Shown here piece after piece: positions 48,269 to 59,015 of a DNA stretch of 64,000 nucleotides. The notes below the pieces were generated by a model, which worked only from the letters and a program-made list of their open reading frames with translations, had not been told where the DNA came from and searched no databases. The DNA comes from Camelus dromedarius. Taxonomy: Eukaryota. The DNA lies in NCBI RefSeq assembly GCF_036321535.1, contig NC_087455.1, forward strand, positions 24,614,001 to 24,678,000. The letters run 5' to 3'. A program made the translations under genes and the position numbers. Every line of letters starts with the position of its first letter. Within the stretch, counting starts at the first letter, position 1.

Positions 48269-49864
48269 CCACACCTCACAGCGTATCAACAGGGTCGTCC
48301 TTAGAGAGGTGCTCTGAGGCAGGGGTTAACATACACATTTTGGCTAAGTTGATCCCTTTTCTCAGAAATGGAGAGGACAGCAGTGACTGTAAGTCAGCCT
48401 TGGAAAGAGAATCTACACGTGAAAATGGGTTTGCTATGCTTATGTTTATTGTAAGTGAATGCAATCAATGTTGCAATTTACTGACCTCAAAATCATTACT
48501 TATCTGGTCTAAGCGGGAAGTGCTTCCTAGAACAAGGCTCCTGTGAAGCAAAGTGAAAGTGGAAAATTATTTCTGAAGTCTCAGTATATGACTTTGGATG
48601 ATCGTGGTTTGTTCTTAGTGATATTTGCTTTTTTTCATAGATGCTTTGCATATAGTGCATTGTTACTTGTATTCTCTTCAGAGGATGAGACAGATTTAAA
48701 CCGGAAAAGCTGTCACAACCTTAGAATTTGAAATAAATCCCACTTTTTGTTTTAAGAGATTATTGCTAGACAGTAGAGAAGATTATACTTCAAGCAACAG
48801 TAGCTTTAAAATATCCTATGAGTGAAACTTGCTCATCTGTTTCCTAATCACAAGGCTAAGATTCCACTGTAAAGAAATACCTTTCTTCCAAAGGAACACT
48901 CACTCCATGAAGTGTTGACTAAGGTTGGCTTCTTGGTCCATACAGTGTGGAGCTTATAAAACCCAAACATGGGTATAAAACTCAACAATCATTTGAGGCA
49001 CACTGTGGGGAGAAAATGTACCCTGAGACACTAAGAGCTGCCACTGTCTCCGATACTGTTAGTGAGACTTCGCTCATGTTTTCTTTTGCGTTCACTGACA
49101 CTCATTTACATGAAAAAGCTTAATTCTGAAAATTATTACACATGTTTCTGCAGAAAGCTTAGAAAGTACATAGACCTTTCAAAAATAAAATCAAAAATAA
49201 AGATAAACACTACTTGGAGAGAACAAAAGTCAACATTTTAACTCCTACTCTTGACATTTTGCTTCTGTGCGTATTTATGTCTCTCCTTACAAATATGTCA
49301 CTATTGTGTTTTGTAATTTGTTTTTTTTAACGTAATAAGTTATGAACATTTTTCAGGTCATTAAATATGACTGCATGCATTCTACTGAATGGATATACTG
49401 TATCTAGCTAATTCTCTATTGAAAATTTGCTTATAGTTTTTCGCCACTACGAGAACTTATATGAAGAATTTCCTTAGATATAGATTCTTTTGCTCATGTG
49501 CGTTTTTTTCTGTTTTATACTTTATAATATAAGCTTTTGAACATGCCATATTTTCCAAGCTTTACTGAGATATAGTTGATATGTAATCATAATACACATT
49601 TTAAAGATTTTAAGGAAATTGTACCCTTTCACATCTTTACTCATAGACATTTTCCCTTGAATCTCAGCAACCCTGAGTATTACTGACAAAAAGTGTAAAA
49701 ATGCATTTTTTTTTGTTGTAATATGCTTTTCTTTGATACAAATGAAGGCAAACGTTTATTTTTTACATGTATATTTGCATTGTAGGATATTTGTCAGAAC
49801 CCCTGGCCTTTTTTACCCCCTCTGTTTGCACAACTGTTTCGTTCTTAGTAATATAAGTAAACTT

Positions 49865-50325
49865 CAAATGAAGTATGAAACAGAATTATATGTTCACAGA
49901 TCATAAGTGGAGTATTCAATGAATTATGACAAAGTGGACACTCATGTGTAACCACCACTCGAGAAAGAATGTTAGTGGTGCCCCAGGAACCCTCATTGTG
50001 TCCTTCCCAATCACTCCTCTTTCTCCTTCTTCAAAAACTGCTCTCCTGACTTGTAACCAGAACCATATAAAAGACTATTCACGACAACACTTGTCAGATT
50101 AGCTACAAAACAGAAACAACCCAAATGTCAGATCAATAGAATATCTAAAAAAGTATATACAGAAGTAGAGATGAATGAACTCCTGCAGCAAGCAGCAACA
50201 TAGATGACTCTCACAACAGAACACTGAATGAAGGAAGCTATAAAAATAACATATACATTTACATACTTTTCAAAAATAGGTAAAATTAATCTACGGTGCT
50301 GCATGGCAGAAGTGGGGTGTCTTAT
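49865..50325 (-). mobile_element. Old L1 (L1ME3-like) with inverted 5' part (junction near 50065)
   Basis: Reverse 3' end ...gtaaccaccac...cctgacttgtaacc, then forward gaaacaacccaaatgtc...aataggtaaaattaatctacggtg. Confidence 0.7.
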
Positions 50326-50437
50326 TGATAGACATTTATTGAACATCTACTATGTGTTGGCTTTGTGTTAAGATACTTGGAGATATAATAATTGAGTAAT
50401 AATTAGTTTCTGCCCTTGAGGTGCTTATGGCGTAGTG

Positions 50438-50650
50438 CAGTGATTCTCTACCAGGGGTGACCTTGCCCATTAAGGGAACATTTTAGTTGTGTTTGGAGAC
50501 ATTTTGGTTATTACAAGTGGAGGGGTGCACTGGTATCTAGTGGATAAAAGCCGTGGGTACTGCTCAATGTTCTGCAATGCACAGGACAGCCTCCTGCAGC
50601 AAAGAATTATCTGACCTGAAATGTCAATAGTGTTCAAGTTGAGAGAGCTG
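50438..50650 (+). mobile_element. MER20 hAT-Charlie element inserted in an L2
   Basis: Full-length text; 8-bp TSD gcgtagtg (50430-50437) / gcctagtg (50651-50658). Confidence 0.92.
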
Positions 50651-50699
50651 GCCTAGTGGAAAGACACATAGTTAATACAGTGTGTTATGTGGTAAAGGC

Positions 50700-50870
50700 T
50701 GCTAATTATTTAGCTTCCATTCGGTGCCAACTATGCTATCAGATGTACTTTTACTCATTTTATTTTACAAGTAAGTGTGCAGAGTAGGTTATGGTGTTTC
50801 TATTTGTGTGGAGAGAGTTACCAACCAACTTAGTAAAATACACTTTCTCATGGTTAGGGTGGATTTCGGC
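50700..50870 (-). mobile_element. MIR SINE
   Basis: ggtgccaactatgctatcagatg...attttacaagtaag. Confidence 0.55.
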
Positions 50871-51451
50871 TGTGAAGGAGATGCCACTTGCAAAGACTGG
50901 GTGTTTTCAGAATTCTTAGGACTAAGTATTATGGGGGGAAAAACACATGGAAAGATATGGAGACACACACGAAAAATGATCCATTGTGAAGTAAAATTAA
51001 GGTGATTGAGTACAGTTCCACTGTAAAACCAGAAATGATGCTGGTAGGCTGGTGGGGACTAGATCTTTGCAGGCCTTATGTGCTAAGTTTAGGTAGTGGA
51101 AACATCCTGAAAGCCACGAGTAGTCAACGGAACATTATAAGTAAGGGAATGATAAGTTTATGGGTTTTGGAAATATATATTTTTTAGCAGCACGGAAATG
51201 GGCTAGAGGTGAATCAGCAATGAAGGCAGAAAGATCAATCTTGGTTAAAAAAAAATTGGAACAGCTGTATCCTCATTAGACCTTCCCTGATCAATCTGTA
51301 TAAATTTTAACCTTCCCTATTCTAAGAGTTTCTTTCCTCCTTCTGTTCTTTATCCCTCCCTTTCTTTCCTCCCTCTTTCAAAAAAAAAAAACATTCTTTT
51401 CTTTTTTTCTTCTAGTTTTGTTGAGATATAATTGACATACAACACTGTATA

Positions 51452-51571
51452 TTTTTTGGGGGGGGACATAGTTAGATTCTATTTATTTTTTTTAATGGAG
51501 ACACTGGGGATTAAACCCAGGACCTTGTGCTTGCTAGGCACATACTCTACCACAAAGCTATTCCCATCCCC
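51452..51571 (-). mobile_element. tRNA-Ala-derived SINE (vic-1-like), long form, abutting a 35-bp L1 tip (51416-51450)
   Basis: taatggagacactggggattaaacccaggaccttgtgcttgctaggcacatactctaccac. Confidence 0.9.
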
Positions 51572-51739
51572 CTTTCCTCCCTCCTTCACTCATTCCTTTC
51601 TTCCTTCCTTTCCTTAGCACTTAGGGGTAACAAACATAATGTGTATTTTACTTACCTGTTTTATTTACCTCTTCCACTAGAATGTAAGTTGCAAGAGGGA
51701 AGAGATTTTTCCCATTTTGTTTATGCATCAAAGTCATCT

Positions 51740-51877
51740 GCAAAAACTGGTTGCTAGGACCTCCCCTAGAGTTTCTGAGTTGGTAGATCTGAAGTAATGC
51801 CCTGCGACTTACCTTTCCAAAAAGTTGTTGGGTAATGCTGCTGTGGCTGGTTCAGACTTCACTCCTGAGAACCACTG
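51740..51877. mobile_element. MER5A-like MITE
   Basis: ttgctaggacctcccctagagtttctgagttggtagatctg...tgagaaccactg. Confidence 0.8.
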
Positions 51878-52986
51878 CTACTGTGTAATAATAACCTTGT
51901 CTCCACCTGTTGCTAATGATGGACTAGAAGGCTTTGCATGTAGTAAAAGACACATTTTAATACCCTATAAGCAGATGAAGGTAGCATGGAGAAGTGTGTT
52001 CTTCCCTGCATCCCTCATTAATCATCAATATCAAAATCAGTAATCATGTTTAAGGACTCTAAGTGGACCAGGGTAGATTACACTGGCTTTCAGATCAGGT
52101 TTCCGATGCTCCTGACTCTCCCCTCTGCTGGCTCCCTTCTCTGCCTCCCTCGCTTTCTCATAACTCCCTCTTCCTAATTCTGGAAGATTCCCAACACTTT
52201 ATGCATCCTGGCACATACGGTATCTAATTTATAATTGTGTCTTGATATCTTAGAATCTAATTGTTTGGATTTTGGGGATAAAGGTTCTGACAAGATTCTG
52301 GTTGAAATAGAGATTCCGCATGAGTGGAAGCACTGTAAACCTTTATTCTGGACCATACTTTGACAGGAGGAGGAGGGGAGTGTTCATCCGCAGAAGAGCA
52401 GGATCCTGGCGACCACTTAGGCAGAGGTGCCTTCTCATGGCTCTGTCTACAGCTGGCTCAGCGACAGAGATCTGTCAGGGGTTCTAACTTACTTTTTGCT
52501 GTTGGATGAGCCTTATATTCTGAGCCCTCATGTCCTTATCTGTAAAACTAGAGTCTGTAATCATCACTGTAACATTCTGGGATTCTGAATGCCTTCAGAA
52601 ATGACTGCTTTTTGTTATTCCACACCAGCCCTTCTCCTCAAACTCAGGGTAGGAATGGCTGTTCCAGTATTCTCTTAACAATCCTACGATGCAGATAAAC
52701 ATGTACATTTCACCCTATGATGTAGGTAAACATTTGCATTTTACCATTGGAAAGAAAAGCTCAGAATGGTTCAGAAACCTACCCAGAGACACACAGGATG
52801 AAACAGAATAGGATACAGGATTCTCTTACTCTAATTTCTGTGTTTCTTTAACCATACCTTTCTGCTTCTCCTGGAGAAAACAAAATAACAAAAAGCACAT
52901 TATTAAATAAGTTTTAGATCTGATTTTTTTGGGTGGTGGGTAAGGTCTTCACCTTTAATTGGCACTCTTTGACAGGGTATTCTCTT

Positions 52987-53119
52987 TCTTCTTTTTTGGG
53001 GGGTGGGTGGGAGGTAATTAGGTTTATTTATTTATTTTGAGAGGTGGTTCTGGGGATTGAACCCAGGACCTTGTACATGCTAAGCATGTGCTTTACCACT
53101 AAGCTACACCCTCCCCCAA
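52987..53119 (-). mobile_element. tRNA-Ala-derived SINE (vic-1-like), long form, with 16-bp TSD
   Basis: TSD gacagggtattctctt (52971-52986) / gacagggtattttctt (53120-53135); well-preserved A and B boxes. Confidence 0.95.
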
Positions 53120-53689
53120 GACAGGGTATTTTCTTGAGCTGGTTTCTTCCCCAGAGAGGGAACTTGCCCTGTGGGCCATTCTGCAGAAGGTTAACAGGTT
53201 ACTCCAGCTGGGGAAAGCTTATTGTCCTAAAGTGGCTTGACATTGAAAGAGCTGCTTCTGGCCAGTTAATGACCTGGGCAGAAGTTGACAAAGTTAAGGC
53301 ATAGTTCCTTAGAGGGACCTTGCGGATGGCCCTCTTATCAGAAGATAATTGCGGTGTCATTACCTGCTGAGCCTCTTGATTCTCATGCTTTATTCTCAAG
53401 AAGAGCCATCTCTGCAAGAGAGCTGGCTGTATTTTGACGTCCCTATGACTGGGGTAAAACGTTTGTCAGTTGATTTTAGTTTTATGGGATCGTGTCTAAA
53501 AGCTTGGTCTCACCAGGGCCACAGCTTAATCGGCTGGGGTCAGCTAGTCCAGAGCTTGGCACTCTAATAGGTGTTCAATACATATGAATTGAACGACTGA
53601 AATGTCCGAGGTGGCTGGGGTGTCTGAGAGTAAGAGGGAGAGCTCAGTGATGTGAGCTGCTCTTCTGTGAAAGACACCAGTGCTTTAGT

Positions 53690-53840
53690 GATAACGAAGA
53701 CTTACGTAGCACTTCCTTCTGGCTAAATCCTTTCAACCGCTTACAAAATAGGTACATGACTATCAGAAGCATGTAACCTGAGGCCTAGAGATGTTAAATT
53801 GCGTGTTCCTAGTCATGTAGTGGAGCTGACACAGAAATGT
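53690..53840 (-). mobile_element. MIR SINE
   Basis: acttacgtagcacttcc...gaggcctagagatgttaaattgcgtgttcctagtcatgtag. Confidence 0.7.
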
Positions 53841-54275
53841 GTGTCTGCTGACAACCCGCGCTCGTTGTGACTGGGCTGCATGCCTCCTGGAATGCTTTCC
53901 AGTTTGTCTGAAAGAGGGATCACTTTATAAATTTGTGGAACAGATGAACTAAAAACCCAACTCCGACCCATGGTGATCTAGGAAGGTGGTGGTATAGCGG
54001 AGCGCCCTGGGAGGCCACTGTTTCCCAAGCGACAGCCCTTTTCCATCGTTCTTTTAATGAGAGAGCATCGATGATGAGGTAACTAGGTGATTCTTTGCTA
54101 TTAATTTAAATTGAATATACTGTGAACTATTTCCTATCTTTTCATTCTGTAAACAAATTTCAGATAAAAATAAGCAACAGCATATTGCGTCATGCCAAGG
54201 AAAGGAAATAATAGTATATTTCAAATAGTTTTTAGAATAGAGGATGTTTTGTTCAGTTAACACTTTTGCTAATCA

Positions 54276-54278
<3 letters not shown>

Positions 54279-54314
<36 letters not shown>
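54279..54314. repeat. (TG)18 perfect microsatellite
   Basis: 36-bp uninterrupted TG run. Confidence 0.97.
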
Positions 54315-54316
<2 letters not shown>

Positions 54317-55249
54317 CAGAACCCTACAAGGCCTCTGTCAGACATGTGAAATTTCCCTTAAACTAATTAAAAATTGTATGTTTAGATCTAGAAGAGACCT
54401 AACTGATTCTATTCCCTCTCTCCCTCTCCCCCCAGCTCCCCAAAATGAACATGTTGAGGCTTGTGAAGGAAGTGATTCCCCAAAGTCACACAATTTGTCA
54501 GGAGCAGGGTGGCCTCAGTGTCTGAGATGCTGACTCCAATGGAATCTTCTTTTCATTATACTCTTCCTTAAAAATAAACCAGAAGATGCAGACAAAACTA
54601 TTATACATAATTATAAACCTGTGTATTAGAAAAATCTCCACGTTTCTTTGACTATTTTTTAAAATAAGTGGTCAGTTTAAGTGTTTGAAATCCCATTAAG
54701 GATTTCAAGACATTAGATTTTCTAGAGAAATCAATTTGTGGTAAATCACTTCTTTAAAAGAACACTGAATTAGAAGGAACTCTAATTTGGGCCCTGATTT
54801 GAGTTTTGGCAGTAACTGGCTTTGTAAGCTTAGACAAATTACATACCACACCCTGGAATAACAGCCATTTAGTTCTAATAATTCTCATGACTATCTATTT
54901 AAAAATCACAGTAAGAGAGCAGTATTTGCTGTTGGCAGTTACCATTTTAATATTGATCTCTATGTAAGTTTGTATTTTAAGTTTAGTTTCTGCAGTGTTC
55001 AGTCTCTCCCTCCAACCTTCATCTCTTCTCGGTTTACAATTAAAGAGTATGTGTACTGTTTCTTAGAGAAAGATGGAAGAAAAAAAAAGACATAAGAGCT
55101 TCAGTGCAGTTTATAATAAATTGGTGACTAATTTGGAAATGGCGCTTTTTATAATCTATAGCATTTTTCTTTGTAACAAAATCATCTTCTTGCATTAAAA
55201 TATCGAGGGTGGACTCTGTTTCAGTGTTTGTTCTAACCTGAAAGAGATC

Positions 55250-55660
55250 TAACATTAAATTTGTTAGTCAGCAGATACGTCTATGATCATCTGTTGTGTC
55301 AAGCACCCATACCCTGTGAATACTGAACAGAGTAGGATGTGCTCTGTTTTCTTCACGGGCTCTCCATGTAGTGGGGGATTATGGAGAACGTAGTTATTAA
55401 CGACTGTGTGAGAAGAATTTTTGTCATGGGTTTCTGGGTGCTGGGAGGTTATGGGAAGTTCTGAGGAAACTTCAGCACGGCTAGGGTAAAAGGTAGCAGA
55501 TGGGTATGTCTGGCAAGAAGGATCATGTGTTTTAAAATCAGGGCTTTGAACTGATTCTGGAAGTGAAGGGAAGCCCTTGAAAGATTTTAAAGCAAGAAAT
55601 GACATGATTAACTTGTGTGTTTGAAAGTCACAGAGGTCTTTGTGTGACTGTACTAGAGTC
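55250..55660 (-). mobile_element. L2 fragment
   Basis: aaatcagggctttgaactgattctggaagtgaagggaagcccttgaaagattttaaagcaagaaatgacatgatt. Confidence 0.75.
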
Positions 55661-56219
55661 ATCTTAGTTTGATCATTGTAATCTGGAGCACCAGAATGCC
55701 TAAATCTCCAAGGATTTAAGATGTAGGCCAGATCGGGGTGATTATTAACACCATCAGTAATGGTTATTCACCTTCATGCTGCAGGTGTTGGATGTGCTAT
55801 GGCATGACAGTGTTGCAAGACAGACCCTGCTTTAATTGTATTGGGTAACCCTCTAGAGAAAACGCAAAGTGTACTCTTTAATCCTATTTGATCTGGATGA
55901 CCGATTATCTCAAATAGCTGTCCTAAGAGCTAGGATGGATATTTTCTCTGTGGTAAACATGGCTATGTGATTTTCCATACTACTTATAAAATATTTTTAA
56001 AGTTTTAATTAGGATACTGATATTTGGAAAGTTTAAAGTCTGCTCTGATATTTAAAAGTCTGCTTTTACTTTTTCAAGCTTACATTGAATTTTCTTGTGG
56101 ATTTGGTATCTCTCTTCAAAAAGCCTATTATTTCAGGATAGACCCAAATTTGAAAGCATCGTTCTGTTAAAGGCAAATGCTACCTTGCACTCTGTTTCCC
56201 TTTGTGTAAGTAAGGCAGC

Positions 56220-56390
56220 TGTTTTGCACTTTAGTTTTTAAAAGTGTTTCATGTATATTCTTTCATCTGTTCCTGGCAGTCCTATGAGGAAGATAGTATT
56301 ATCCCTGTTTACAAAGCAGGTGACAGAGGTTCTGAGAAGCCCACTGGTGAGCTGAGGCTTGGCTGCCAATACAGGGCACAGCGAAGACTG
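56220..56390 (-). mobile_element. MIR SINE
   Basis: cctatgaggaagatagtattatccctgtttacaaagcaggtgacagaggttctgaga. Confidence 0.75.
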
Positions 56391-57045
56391 TAGCTACTTT
56401 TATCAGACGAGGTGGGCAGACATGACAAGGCCACCTTCACAAACAGGGCTGGGTAAAGACATCATCAGACCATAGAACTGGCTGTAAACATTGTGCAGGT
56501 GTTAGCCAAAAACATTGTTTTTGTAAAATTACTCTTTTTTTCCCTCTTCAATCAACCCCTTCACTGACAAGTCAATGCCATAATCAATTTAAAAGTTTAT
56601 TAAAATAGGGTGGAATTTTGACCTATTGCTAACCAATAAAGTCATCCTTCTTGATTTATCAATATAGTGGGGGAAACATTGAAGTAACATTGTCCCTGTG
56701 TTGAAATAACTAAATTGCAGCATCCTCGTATTCATTTGAGCTTTGCCTTAGGTACAGAGCTGGATGGTGTATATAAGACAGTACTATGCCTTCCTAAGCT
56801 TAAATGCTACCATTTGGCGTTTTAACAAAATCCTTTTCTTTTTTTCCTTTTCCCTCCAGTGTGCCCAATGGATTTCAATCATTCTCTAGGTATCGTAGTC
56901 AGCAAACTATAACCATGGGCAAGATCTGGCTTGTCACCTTTTTGGTAGGACCCTTGAGAAAGAATAACTTCCAGATTTTTAATTGGTTAGAAAAAGTCAA
57001 AAGAAGAATAATATTTTATGACACACAGTAAAGATAACTAAATTT

Positions 57046-57212
57046 CAGGGCTTGGAAATTTTTACTGGAAAACAGTCCCACTTAATCACCTATGTATTGT
57101 CTGTGTCTGCGTTTGTTCTACAACAGAGTTGAGTTTAGACAGAGACCGCATGGCTCACAGAGCCCAGAATACTCCCTCTCTGGTCTTTTACAGGACAAGT
57201 TTGCCGTGTCCT
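57046..57212 (-). mobile_element. MER58A-like hAT element
   Basis: atgtattgtctgtgtctgc...cagagttgagt...gacagagaccgcatggctcacagagcc...aagtttgccg. Confidence 0.85.
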
Positions 57213-58784
57213 TCTCTAGCCTATTTGCAGTGTGAAGGGATTAAGAGATTCTCCTTGTTTTCCTTGGATGGAGTTTGAGTGGAGGGCAAGGCATATATTA
57301 GCTTACATATGCTTTTCCATTTAGACGGGTGGAGAGATCCACATTTTCCAACATTTGGAAAAATTCAACTAAGTCTCAGGTCTGAAGTTTATTAGTCTGC
57401 TTTGGTTCCACCTTAATGTTGAGAGAACGACAAGTTACCAGAAAAGGAAATGCGTAACAAGTAACCAAGATGAGCCATCAGCTACTGGCAGGAATTTAAA
57501 ATCTGATGAGATATTAATTTGCTTTATAATTTTTAAAACTTTTTCATTGCTGTCACATTCCTTTCCTACTTTATAATGAGGTAATTGTTCTTCTCTCTCA
57601 CCCCCTTTAAATGCAGAAAAAAAAAGCCCTTTGAACACCTAGCTTTGTATTCCCAGCAAACGTAATTTCAGTTGTTTTGATAATGATTTCAAATATCCAT
57701 CACTAGAATATATGAGAAATGAAGCCAACATTTTTATAGTACCTTATTATATGACCACATGATTTTACACAAGCCTCAATGTGTCTTCAGATTTCTTTGT
57801 GTGGGTGGTAAGATGTAATTTCTACATAGTCAAATGTTACCGTGAAGCTACCAGCAACGTATTTTACAAGTCTGAGGGTTTTTTTTTTTTTTTTAATGAA
57901 CCATTGTAACACTTTGAGTTAAAAAAAATCAGGAGAAAACAGTTATTTTTGATGGCATATATATCCTCCAAATTTGAAATAAAGGGCACTTTTGGCATAT
58001 AAAACAGATTTCTATAGTTACCTGAAAAACAATGTATGCAGTTCTGGATGGAATTCATTCATCCTACCTAATAGCAATTTGGGGTTTAAAATTACTGCCA
58101 GACCAGGATTTTTACTAACCCTGCGGTCATTGACTCAATGGCCATGACAGGCCTTCTTTAGTGCGTTTCACACATTGCACATCTTTACAGTGCGTAGGAA
58201 GGCGCACTGCATGCTTGAAGCGGTACCTGTTGGAGGTTAGGCTTATTTGGCTCTAGGGAGTGATCCAAGTTTTATGTGGTGCTTTTTAACCTTTTCTTCT
58301 TGTTCTCATCTTTAATTTGATACTCTGAACAATGCTATGATACAGGTCAGCCGGAGATTTTCCCTTCCTATGTGATGGTGAAGGAGTAGGGCACAGAGAG
58401 GATATGGTACTCCCCCCGCTAAATTCAAAATTACATTTAGATCTCAGTTTTCCTAAATCCTAATTCTGAATGTCTGAAGTAGATGACTTTCCACATAGGT
58501 ATGCAACAAATGATTGTATTTTGTTTGTTTAGGTGTGTGACCTAAACAAGGGTAAAGCTACTATGTTTACTATCGATAGTGGTCCTTGGATAATGCATTT
58601 CATTTGAGTAATATATATATACACATACACATATGTATATAATTAAAATTTATTATATGACTGCATATGATACATAATTGAAACTTACTAATTATATATA
58701 CATGTACACATACAATGTCCTGATATCTTATTTGACCTTCCACCCACCATCTTGGACTATCCTATGTGGCAAATTTTCACACTC

Positions 58785-59015
58785 ATAATAGCTCACATTC
58801 TGTGTTCGCTAATTATACAGCAGATAACGTGCTAGGATCTTTGCCTCTGTTAAACCTGACTCCTCTCAACTATTCTGTGAGATAGGGTCTGACGTTTCCT
58901 CTTTTTTAAAGATGAGGGTACTGAGGCACAGAGAGCTTTCCTGACTTGTTCAGAGTCACACAACGGTAAGTGAGCCAAGATTCTAACTTCAGTCTGCTAA
59001 CCGCTGTACTATTTG
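58785..59015 (-). mobile_element. MIR SINE
   Basis: ctgtgagatagg...aaagatgagggtactgaggcacagagag...gacttgttcagagtcacacaac. Confidence 0.9.

Noticed and set aside
53040-53117. tRNA-Ala(AGC) gene
   Set aside because: Has a TSD, an A-rich tail and substitutions, and four similar copies lie nearby, so it is a SINE rather than a tRNA gene.
58520-58558. Possible 19-nt microexon (tttag|gtgtgtgacctaaacaagg|gtaaag)
   Set aside because: Frame-shifting length and no other evidence; such AG/GT pairs are common in long introns.
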